Assembly: GCA_021802705.1 (NCBI GenBank)
Contig: JAJZRL010000001.1
Location: forward strand, 84,379 to 148,378
Origin: a bacterium
GTDB taxonomy: Bacteria; Patescibacteriota; Minisyncoccia; Phycocordibacterales; Phycocordibacteraceae
Direction: 5' to 3'
DNA length: 64,000 nucleotides
This document shows, piece by piece, positions 10,632-18,668 of this stretch (the first letter of the stretch is position 1; every line of letters starts with the position of its first letter). The position numbers and the translations under genes are program-made. The notes below the pieces were generated by a model that saw only the letters and a program-made list of their open reading frames with translations, had not been told where the DNA came from and ran no database searches.

Positions 10632-10655
10632 TCTCCACGGGTCTGCCCGCCTGTT

Positions 10656-11519
10656 TTAAGGCTGTTGCGCGGGTCCGACGATAAAACGCACGGAATAATC
10701 CGGCTCGACGGTTAAGTCGATTTCTCCATGGCCGTCAAATTCATAGTAATACGACCAGCAGCCCGGGTTTTCGTGCGCCGGAAACGCTTCGCCATAAGGT
10801 CCGGCGTTTGAAACCCAGCCGGCCGTCGCATTGCCGTTGATGGTTTTGAACCGGAGATTGTGCTCTTTGTCCGGGTAGACATCCTTAGGGAGGTTGATAA
10901 AGAGCCGGGTCGTTTCGGGCACCTCCTGCGTCGAACCGTTCGGGATGCCGCCGCAAAGAAGGATTTTCCCGTTATCGGACATGGCGGTCATAAGCGGAAG
11001 GGGCTCCAAAGGGCGGCCTTGCAAAATAGCATCGACTTCCTCGTAACCGGATGGGAAAGCGTAATTGTAACGCGCAGGGAGCGCAAAGACGTACTGAGCA
11101 TTGTAGCCGAGCCGGGTAGGGTTTATGGGTGCCGCACCGATGTGGAATTCGCCGCGCAAAAGCGCATCCCACTGCGTCAGCGTGAAAACCATGATCGGAA
11201 TATCTTGAGAGGGCTTTTGGGCGGTCCATTTTGGGTTTCTGATCGAAATCAGGGGTCCGTGCTCCGTGGGCACGTCGCCCCGGGCGGCAATCGAGTACCC
11301 GTCCCACGTACTCATGATGATGGAGTAACCGCTCCAATCCTGCGGCAGAGAGAATTTGAATCCATACTGGCTATTCACATATTCGACAGAAGTTTGAACA
11401 GGAGGAGGTTGTGCGCTTCCTGTCGCGTGTTCATTCTTATTTAAAAACCACGCATATCCGATGGCGGCTATTGCCAACAGTACGACTGAAAAAATTAAGA
11501 GTTTTCTGTTCATGATCAA
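10656..11519 (-). CDS. hypothetical secreted/membrane-anchored protein (PsbP-like N-terminal domain)
   Basis: N-terminal TM, then YVNSQYGFKFSLPQDW motif typical of PsbP-fold surface proteins. Confidence 0.7.
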   Translation of the reverse strand: MIMNRKLLIFSVVLLAIAAIGYAWFLNKNEHATGSAQPPPVQTSVEYVNSQYGFKFSLPQDWSGYSIIMSTWDGYSIAARGDVPTEHGPLISIRNPKWTAQKPSQDIPIMVFTLTQWDALLRGEFHIGAAPINPTRLGYNAQYVFALPARYNYAFPSGYEEVDAILQGRPLEPLPLMTAMSDNGKILLCGGIPNGSTQEVPETTRLFINLPKDVYPDKEHNLRFKTINGNATAGWVSNAGPYGEAFPAHENPGCWSYYYEFDGHGEIDLTVEPDYSVRFIVGPAQQP

Positions 11520-11630
11520 AAGTTTGTCTTGTCTTTACCAGCGCATGCATGAATGGTACCAGATTGAAGAAATGATAGTTTTCGCCGATTGATAGATGAG
11601 TTAGAATAACCAGAATCTTCGGAGTTTCAA

Positions 11631-12005
11631 ATGAAAATGGATACAAAAAGAAAAAAAGAAATCGAAGAAATTGAGCAATCCTACAAGACTCCCATGGACA
11701 ACACCTTGCGCGGGTTTCTGGATTTCATCCGTGAACAGGGCGTCGTCGGGCTCGCGATCGGATTCCTCTTTGGCGGCGCGGTGTCCAAGGTCGTCGCAGC
11801 TCTGGTGACGGACATCATTAACCCGCTTCTCTCCTTTGCGATGGGATCGGCAAACGGGCTCAAACAGGCATACATCCCGCTTGGCGGCGCGAAAATCATG
11901 TGGGGAGATTTCCTCTCGGTCCTTATCGACTTTCTCATCATCGCGATCATCATCTACTTCGGCTTCAAGGGGCTCGGCCTCGACCGGCTAGAAAAGAAGG
12001 AGTGA
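11631..12005 (+). CDS. mscL: large-conductance mechanosensitive channel
   Basis: GFLDFIREQGVVGLAIGFLFGGAVSKVVAALVTDIINP, WGDFLSVLIDFLII. Confidence 0.93.
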   Translation: MKMDTKRKKEIEEIEQSYKTPMDNTLRGFLDFIREQGVVGLAIGFLFGGAVSKVVAALVTDIINPLLSFAMGSANGLKQAYIPLGGAKIMWGDFLSVLIDFLIIAIIIYFGFKGLGLDRLEKKE

Positions 12006-12253
12006 AAGATGTTCCTGGGGTCTTAAAGGAGCGTTTTCTATTCCTCCGCAAACCAATACTCAAACTCGTACTGATGCTCTTTGCCGATGACGGTGATTTT
12101 CATTTCGCCCTCCGTCGTCACGAAAGGGGCCCCGAGTCTGCCCGATACTTTCTTCTAAGGGCGGGAGTCCCCAGACTCGAGCTATTCGGGCCTGCCGATA
12201 AAACCGCCTCACCGTGTCGATATAACGACACATTCGATAAAAAAGTCTAGCTG

Positions 12254-12340
12254 CGGAGAGGGTGGGATTCGAACCCACGGTCCAGTTACCCGGACGCCGC
12301 ATTTCGAGTGCGGTGCCTTCGACCACTCAGCCACCTCTCC
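12254..12340 (-). tRNA. tRNA-Ser(CGA)
   Basis: GGAGAGGTGGCTGAGTGGTCGAAGGC...CCGCA-CT-CGA-AA-TGCGG, long variable arm, GGTTCGAATCC; no encoded CCA. Confidence 0.97.
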
Positions 12341-12398
12341 TGACTCCGAAACCTTACCATTTTTGAAATCGTCGCGGAAGGTGATAGATTTCATAGAC

Positions 12399-12470
12399 GG
12401 CCCTATCGTCTAACGGTTAGGACAGCGCCCTTTCACGGCGTAAATCGGGGTTCGATTCCCCGTAGGGTCA
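12399..12470 (+). tRNA. tRNA-Glu(TTC)
   Basis: GGCCCTATCGTCTAACGGTTAGGAC...GCGCC-CT-TTC-AC-GGCGT...GGTTCGATTCC. Confidence 0.97.
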
Positions 12471-12560
12471 CAAATTGAAACTTATGCCGGATTGAGTGCG
12501 GCGGAGCCGCGCCGAGCGCGTGGTGGCTTGAACCCGAAGCGTACGCCCCGACCTCCCAAA

Positions 12561-12649
12561 CGCGCCTCGGCCGCGCTCGCTCCGCTCGCGCGGCAAACCC
12601 AAAAATTTCCTTGCCATTTTGTGCGGCTCCTCCCCCGACCCCTCCGCCG
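12561..12649 (+). repeat. left copy of ~88-bp inverted repeat (partner 14646-14732)
   Basis: Manual alignment to the reverse complement of 14646-14732 gives 4 substitutions + 2 single-base indels. Confidence 0.92.
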
Positions 12650-12753
12650 AAAGGCAAAAAGAAGGAAAGGAAATTTTTTGGTTTGCTCCGCCGCTTCGAA
12701 TGTTCATTGAATATTAAGAATCGTTACGATAGTTTCGATGTTGTAAGTCTGTT

Positions 12754-13383
12754 ATGATGATACATATGCAACAGAAGACAATTCTCGGAGCAGTAATTGT
12801 TGTCGTGCTCGTCGCGGGCGGTGTTGTGGCGTGGAATTTTACCGCTACGTCTGGAGTACCTACAACAACCGAATCTCCAACTAGCTCGACCACGGCGTCA
12901 AATAATGTGACTCAGCCTGAATGGAAATCATATACTGACTCCACTACCGGATTCACGTTCAAATATCCAGCACAGTATGTAGTGGAAGCATCACCACTTC
13001 CGCCAGGTGACTGGGGATCACGAAGACTGCTCATGGTAGATGACAATCCAGATTCTACATCGACCAAAGCACGTGCACTTCCCATGACCGTTGACTTGCA
13101 AAAGCAACCTGTAACTGCGGACGGAAAGATATATCACACTATCGCCGAATATCAACAGAGCGGTGCTGCGGCGGAAATGATGCAGGGAGTGACGAATCCA
13201 AACGGCAACATCGTATCAGTCAATGGTACACAAACGCTCCTCTATCATATTCCGCCGGCAGACTCGACTGGGATTGGAGGTGATTCGTATCTCTTTATTC
13301 ACAATGATCTTATTTACCAAGTGGGTATCAATCCGGACAATCCGTTAGCGATTCAGATGCTGAACAGCATCAACTGGCAGTAA
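12754..13383 (+). CDS. hypothetical secreted/membrane-anchored protein (PsbP-like)
   Basis: N-terminal TM, S/T-rich linker, WKSYTDSTTGFTFKYP; more AT-rich than flanks. Confidence 0.8.
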   Translation: MMIHMQQKTILGAVIVVVLVAGGVVAWNFTATSGVPTTTESPTSSTTASNNVTQPEWKSYTDSTTGFTFKYPAQYVVEASPLPPGDWGSRRLLMVDDNPDSTSTKARALPMTVDLQKQPVTADGKIYHTIAEYQQSGAAAEMMQGVTNPNGNIVSVNGTQTLLYHIPPADSTGIGGDSYLFIHNDLIYQVGINPDNPLAIQMLNSINWQ

Positions 13384-13385
13384 AT

Positions 13386-13416
13386 AAAAAAACCCCACGC
13401 CGATAGACGTGGGGTT
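13386..13416. terminator. intrinsic terminator hairpin between convergent cassette genes
   Basis: aaaaaaa-ccccacg-ccgataga-cgtgggg-tt; U-tract on the minus strand. Confidence 0.75.
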
Positions 13417-13448
13417 GCTCAAACAGAGCGGTTAGGAAAAGTGCCTTG

Positions 13449-14306
13449 TTATTTCCAGAGGTTTGCAGGAGTGACGACTGACGCGCTGTAGAGCGGATCG
13501 GTGCCACCACCGACCCAGCCATACGGATCGACGATCGGGTAGGCTTCCGGCCCAATGGATGTTGGGATATAGCGCACCTCGAAGTGCAGATGTGCGGGGA
13601 GTGAGCAGCCAGTTCCGCAACGACCACCGACCGTTCCGATGTACTGGCCAGCAGTGATGCTTTGACCAGGCGTGACGGAAATCATCGTATCCAGGTGCAG
13701 ATACTGGTAGAAGTAGTTATGACCACCAGTAGCGACCGTGGGCCGGATGGCGAGCGCACCCCAACTTGCGCAGCTTCCGCTTCCGGTATTGCCGAGATAG
13801 CAGATTGTGCTGATCACGGTTCCGTCGGCGGCGGCATACACCGGAGTCCCGAGCGACGCTTTGTAGTCATAGCCCGGATGTTCGTCGTAAGACGAATAGC
13901 CCGAGCCGCAGCCGTTGTCGTTCGTCATCCGTTTCGATGGGTCCCAATCGGGGTGAAGATAAATCGTGCCGCCGATGCAGGTGTTATCACTGCTTTTCGG
14001 TGTGCCGCTGACGCTCTCTCCATTGAACGCGATGATTTTTCCGTCTCCACCACCGCTGCTCAGTGTCCCGTAGGGATAGTAGCTGTTCGCGGGGTTGATT
14101 TTCATCGAGTGATCGAGCACCGAATTCATTGCGTTGGCGCTGTATGCGCCTTCCACCGTGTAGTCGATACTCCCTGAAGGACACACCCCGCCCACAAGAG
14201 GGTCTGAGCACTTGAGTGGAAACTGGAGAAATCCGGCAAATGCTGGAGTTGACCCCAGACCGAAAACAAGCAGCATTGCTGCCAAGACATTACGTAACAA
14301 GTTCAC
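13449..14306 (-). CDS. secreted M23 family metallopeptidase, Cys-rich
   Basis: Signal peptide (..STPAFA), HPGYDY (HxxxD), GTPVYAAADG, YQYLHL, AHLHFEVR, VDPY. Confidence 0.92.
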   Translation of the reverse strand: MNLLRNVLAAMLLVFGLGSTPAFAGFLQFPLKCSDPLVGGVCPSGSIDYTVEGAYSANAMNSVLDHSMKINPANSYYPYGTLSSGGGDGKIIAFNGESVSGTPKSSDNTCIGGTIYLHPDWDPSKRMTNDNGCGSGYSSYDEHPGYDYKASLGTPVYAAADGTVISTICYLGNTGSGSCASWGALAIRPTVATGGHNYFYQYLHLDTMISVTPGQSITAGQYIGTVGGRCGTGCSLPAHLHFEVRYIPTSIGPEAYPIVDPYGWVGGGTDPLYSASVVTPANLWK

Positions 14307-14645
14307 TTCTGTCTCCTTTTGCTAGAAAGAACAAATCGCACGCAGTAGTGCGATATCGGCAATCCCGCCGATATTTTCACCCCACCACATGAATCCTATA
14401 TGCCTCGCGTGGATAAGCATTTAATCAACTCGACCGAAGCCGCCAAGCGAGCGCGGCACGCACCGAGCAGGCCGCGCGAACGGATGTGAGCGGCCAGTGC
14501 GAGGTGCGGAACGATGCGAGCGGACGCTACCTTACCACGCGACCCCGAAGCAGGAGCGCCCCGGCCGCCGCGAAGCCGGAAAAGCGAAGGGGTTTGAGAG
14601 CATGTGAACACTTGCGACCTTAACCCGAGCTTTGAGAGGCTGAAG

Positions 14646-14732
14646 CGGCGGAGGGGTCGGGGGAGGAGCCGCACAAGATGCAAGGAAATTTTTGGGTTTG
14701 CGGCGCGAGCGGCGCGAGCGCGCCGGGGCGCG
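14646..14732 (-). repeat. right copy of ~88-bp inverted repeat (partner 12561-12649)
   Basis: cggcggaggggtcgggggaggagccgcacaagatgcaaggaaatttttgggtttgcggcgcgagc... is the reverse complement of the left copy. Confidence 0.92.
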
Positions 14733-14824
14733 TGTTAGTCCGATCGGCTGAAGTAGGTTCGCGCGAAGTTGGCTATTTCATCACACTTCAGATTACGGTC
14801 GCATCGTGGTAAGATGCCGGCACT

Positions 14825-14897
14825 GCGCGGTTAGCTCAGTTGGTAGAGCACTTCCTTGACGTGGATGGGGTCAGGGGTTCGAGTCCCTTACCGCGCA
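14825..14897 (+). tRNA. tRNA-Val(GAC)
   Basis: GCGCGGTTAGCTCAGTTGGTAGAGC...CTTCC-TT-GAC-GT-GGATG...GGTTCGAGTCC. Confidence 0.97.
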
Positions 14898-14899
14898 CA

Positions 14900-15718
14900 A
14901 TGCAGGAACGATACGGCACGCATATCCGAAAAAAGCGGATCGGGAGGAAACCTTCTTCTTCGAAGGTATACGTTTACGGCCGGCACGCTCTCATGGAAGC
15001 GCTCCGAAGCGATACGCTGAGCGAAAGCGCGCGAGCAAAACTTATCCGCAAGGTCTTTCTCGCGCCGGAAGCACGGGACAAAGAGCTGCAGACGCTCCTC
15101 GAAAAGAACGCGATACCGACCGCCGCGCTCGCGGGCGGAAAAGGAAAAGAGCTCGCGGGAAGAGACGCGGTGCATCAGGGCGTCATCGCTTCCATAGATC
15201 CGTCGGCGCTCTTCCTACCGCTCGATGACTTCTTGTCATCGCTCGACATGAAGAGAAATCCCGCGATAGCGGTTCTTGGCGAGCTGCAGGACCCCCACAA
15301 CGTGGGCGCCGTTATCCGTTCGGCTGCCGCCTTCGGCCTCGCCGGCGTCCTGATTCCCGAACACAATCAGGCCCCTATCACGGGAGCGGTGGTAAAAAGC
15401 TCTTCCGGCATGACATTCCGGATCCCGCTGGTCTCGATACGCAACGTCAACCATGCGCTCAAGGTGCTCAAGACGAAGGGTTTCTGGACGTACGGCCTCT
15501 CGATGCAGGGGAAGACCGCGCTTGGCGCGGAGACGTTCGATACGCCAAGCGCGTTCGTGATCGGTAACGAAGGTTCCGGGATCCGGGAAAAGACGCTCGA
15601 AGCCTGCGACATCACGCTTTCCATTCCTATGCATCCGCGAACGGAATCCCTCAACGCTGCCGTGTCAGCGGCGATCGTCTTTTATGAGTGGTCGCGCAAG
15701 CATCCGGACGCGCTATGA
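14900..15718 (+). CDS. rlmB: SpoU/TrmH-family rRNA 2'-O-methyltransferase (RlmB-like)
   Basis: VYGRHAL, HQGVIA, LQDPHNVGAVIRSAAAFG, IGNEGSGI, ESLNAAVS. Confidence 0.9.
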   Translation: MQERYGTHIRKKRIGRKPSSSKVYVYGRHALMEALRSDTLSESARAKLIRKVFLAPEARDKELQTLLEKNAIPTAALAGGKGKELAGRDAVHQGVIASIDPSALFLPLDDFLSSLDMKRNPAIAVLGELQDPHNVGAVIRSAAAFGLAGVLIPEHNQAPITGAVVKSSSGMTFRIPLVSIRNVNHALKVLKTKGFWTYGLSMQGKTALGAETFDTPSAFVIGNEGSGIREKTLEACDITLSIPMHPRTESLNAAVSAAIVFYEWSRKHPDAL

Positions 15719-16581
15719 GACACGACCGGCACCTCGTATCCTCATCGTGGGATAGCTACGAGCTTCTCGACTCGGGAGATTCCTTGAAGCTCGAACGCTT
15801 CGGCGAAATCATCGTGGCGCGACCGGAAACCCAGGCGCTCTGGGAAAAACGGCAGTCGCACGCATGGGAAAAAGCAAACGCGACGTTTTCGTTCATCGAT
15901 AAGAAAGGTTCATGGGAAAAGAGGAGTGTGCTACCCGAGTCATGGGAGCTCTCGTGGGGCGCCGCGCGCTTCCTCGCGCGCCTCGCCGGATTCAAGCATA
16001 CCGGCGTATTCCCGGAACAGGCGCCGAACTGGGAATGGATAAGAACCGCTGTCGGAAAGAAAAAGGAACCGGACATCCTCAATCTCTTCGGGTATACCGG
16101 AATCGCTTCCGTCGTTGCGGCGCTTGCCGGCGGATTCGTCACGCATGTCGACGCCTCCAAGCAATCGCTCGACTGGGCGCGCGAGAACGCCCGGCTTTCG
16201 AATGTTCCGGAAAATGCGATCCGCTGGATGCACGACGATGCTATCGCTTTCGTGAAGCGGGAGGCTCGCCGTAAGGCGCGGTATGACGGCGTCATTCTCG
16301 ATCCGCCCGCTTTCGGCCGCGGAGCAAAGGGCGAGGTGTGGAAGATCGAGAAAGGGCTCCCAACGCTCCTCGAAGCATTGGCGCCGCTCCTCAAGGAAGA
16401 ACGGGGTTCGTTCTTCCTTATGAGCGGTTATGCCGCAGGCTATGCGCCCCGCTCGTTCGCGCAGGCGGTCGAGGATATCTTCGGGGATGTCGAGAGCGGC
16501 GAGAGCGGCGAGCTCCACATAAAAGAGGCGCGTTCCGAGCGCGTCATTCCTGCCGGAATCTACGTGCGATTCATGCGGTAG
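15715..16581 (+). CDS. class I SAM-dependent methyltransferase (RlmI/RlmK-like family)
   Basis: YELLDSGD..KLERFG, FKHTGVFPEQ, LNLFGYTG, VTHVDAS, ILDPPAFGRG. Confidence 0.88.
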   Translation: MRHDRHLVSSSWDSYELLDSGDSLKLERFGEIIVARPETQALWEKRQSHAWEKANATFSFIDKKGSWEKRSVLPESWELSWGAARFLARLAGFKHTGVFPEQAPNWEWIRTAVGKKKEPDILNLFGYTGIASVVAALAGGFVTHVDASKQSLDWARENARLSNVPENAIRWMHDDAIAFVKREARRKARYDGVILDPPAFGRGAKGEVWKIEKGLPTLLEALAPLLKEERGSFFLMSGYAAGYAPRSFAQAVEDIFGDVESGESGELHIKEARSERVIPAGIYVRFMR

Positions 16582-16590
16582 ACTAGAAGC

Positions 16591-17445
16591 ATGCACGAAC
16601 GCCACATAGCGGTGCTCTATCACAGCAAATGCCCCGACGGCTTCGGCGGCGCGTATGCCGCATGGAAAAAGTTCGGCGATGCTGCCGAATATATCCCGGT
16701 CGACCACGGCGATCCGCCGCCCGAAGGGCTTGATGGCCGCGAGGTATACCTTGTCGATTTCTGCTATGCAACCGCCGAACAGATGAAAGCGCTCGTAAAA
16801 ATGACGGGACGTCTTGTCGTGCTCGATCATCATCAAGGCAGCAAAGAACTCGTCGAGAGCGTACCGGAGCATATTTACGATGCGAGCCGTTCCGGCGCGA
16901 CCATCGCATGGGTCTATTTCCATCCTGACGCGCCCACCCCCCGCCTCTTGCAGTACATCGAAGATGGCGATCTCTACCGCTTCGCGCTCGCAGAAACCCG
17001 CGACATATTCTCGTACCTGCTTGTCCTCCCATTCGATTTCGCGGCATGGGACGGTCTTGCAAGCAAGCTCGATAGCGACGCGGAACGGAACGGCGTCTTG
17101 CAAAAAGCAGGGGCGTACACCGAATATTTCGAAGCGCTCGCGAACCTGTCGATCAAGCAGGCGAAGAAAGTCCGTTTCGAGGGTTATGAGGTTCTTTTTA
17201 CTGCGACGCATCCGAACATCACGATGCGCTCTTACGTCGGGCACGAGTTGTACGTAAAATTGCCGCCGTTTTCGATGGTCGTGACCGCGCATCCGAACGG
17301 GTACGGCGTCTCGCTCCGAGGAGACAGCACGGTAATAAACGTAGCTGAAATCGCACAAAGATACGGCGGCGGCGGACATCCCGGCTCCGCAGGATTCTTC
17401 CTCCCGAACGGTTCCGCGATACCGTGGGTAGAGATCGATGATTGA
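16591..17445 (+). CDS. DHH/DHHA1 family phosphoesterase (nanoRNase-like)
   Basis: YH..CPDG, LVDF, LDHH, SLRG, YGGGGHPGSAGF. Confidence 0.9.
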   Translation: MHERHIAVLYHSKCPDGFGGAYAAWKKFGDAAEYIPVDHGDPPPEGLDGREVYLVDFCYATAEQMKALVKMTGRLVVLDHHQGSKELVESVPEHIYDASRSGATIAWVYFHPDAPTPRLLQYIEDGDLYRFALAETRDIFSYLLVLPFDFAAWDGLASKLDSDAERNGVLQKAGAYTEYFEALANLSIKQAKKVRFEGYEVLFTATHPNITMRSYVGHELYVKLPPFSMVVTAHPNGYGVSLRGDSTVINVAEIAQRYGGGGHPGSAGFFLPNGSAIPWVEIDD

Positions 17446-17451
17446 CGCGCC

Positions 17452-18639
17452 ATGAAGATACTCGCTATCGAAACCTCTTGCGACGAGACGGGGATCGCGG
17501 TCGTCGAAGCCGCAGGCGACGAGCGTGCCGCGAATTTCGCCGTCCTCGGAAACGCCCTCCTCTCGCAGATAGATATCCACAAGGAATACGGCGGCGTCTT
17601 CCCCGCTCTTGCGAAACGCGAACACGCGAAAAACCTCGTCCCTATCCTCGAAGCGGCTCTTGAGGAAGCTGAACTCCTCCGCGAGGACACGCAAGCGCTA
17701 TCCGAAGAGACGCGCGCCGCAATCGGCTCGATCCTTGCGCGCGAACCCGGCCTGACCGAAGCATTTTTCGAATTCGTTTCCGAATGCGAACCGCCCGCGA
17801 TTGATACGATCGCCGTCACGGCAGGCCCGGGACTCGAGCCGGCGCTATGGGTCGGTATCAATTTCGCGCGGGCGCTCGCGCGGGCGTGGAACAAGCCGAT
17901 CATCGCGGTAAACCACATGGAGGGCCATATCATGGCCGCTCTCGCGCAAGGGGAGGATAGCCGTCGCATCGCCATTGACGATGTCGAATTCCCCGTGCTT
18001 GCCCTCCTTATCTCGGGAGGACACACCGAACTCGTCCTCATGAAAGAGTGGCTCGTTTACGAACGGATCGGGCAAACCCGCGACGACGCCGTCGGAGAAG
18101 CGTTCGATAAGGTCGCCCGCATGCTCGACCTCCCCTACCCCGGAGGGCCGGAAATATCGCGCCTCGCCGAATCCCTCCGTTCCTCGTCACTTGGCGGTGA
18201 AACCGCCAAGTACACGTTGCCGCGGCCGATGATCGACTCCGACACGTGCGACTTCTCGTTTGCCGGACTCAAGACGGCCGTGCTCTATCTCCTGAAAAAC
18301 AATCCCGGGATGAGCGAAGACCAGAAGAAACATGTCGCACACGAGTTTGAAAACGCCGTCGCCGACGTGCTGTGGAAGAAGACATCCCGCGCGCTCCTTG
18401 AAACCGGCGCGCGAACGCTCGTGATCGGCGGCGGTGTCTCGGCGAACACGCACATACGACGGACCTTCACGGAAGCGGTTGCAAAGGAATGTCCGCACGT
18501 ACGTCTTCGGATCCCCTCCGCTGCGCTCACGACCGATAATGCCATCATGATCGCGCTTGCCGGCTTCTACCGCGCTTGCCGCGACGATTTCACCGAATCA
18601 GCCGCGCTTGCCGCGAGCGGGACCCGCTCGCTCGCATAA
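17452..18639 (+). CDS. tsaD: tRNA N6-adenosine threonylcarbamoyltransferase
   Basis: ILAIETSCDET, GPGL, NHMEGH, SGGHT, DDAVGEAFDK, FSFAGLKT, GGVSAN, DNAIMIA. Confidence 0.97.
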   Translation: MKILAIETSCDETGIAVVEAAGDERAANFAVLGNALLSQIDIHKEYGGVFPALAKREHAKNLVPILEAALEEAELLREDTQALSEETRAAIGSILAREPGLTEAFFEFVSECEPPAIDTIAVTAGPGLEPALWVGINFARALARAWNKPIIAVNHMEGHIMAALAQGEDSRRIAIDDVEFPVLALLISGGHTELVLMKEWLVYERIGQTRDDAVGEAFDKVARMLDLPYPGGPEISRLAESLRSSSLGGETAKYTLPRPMIDSDTCDFSFAGLKTAVLYLLKNNPGMSEDQKKHVAHEFENAVADVLWKKTSRALLETGARTLVIGGGVSANTHIRRTFTEAVAKECPHVRLRIPSAALTTDNAIMIALAGFYRACRDDFTESAALAASGTRSLA

Positions 18640-18668
18640 GCGCGCTTATTTGCTATATTTCATAAACA

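Noticed and set aside
12006-12250. Possible small gene between mscL and tRNA-Ser
   Set aside because: Only short interrupted frames with no recognisable motif.
12480-14740. Possible CRISPR array or integron
   Set aside because: Only two inverted copies, no regularly spaced direct repeats, no cas or intI gene. No CRISPR array was seen anywhere in the window.
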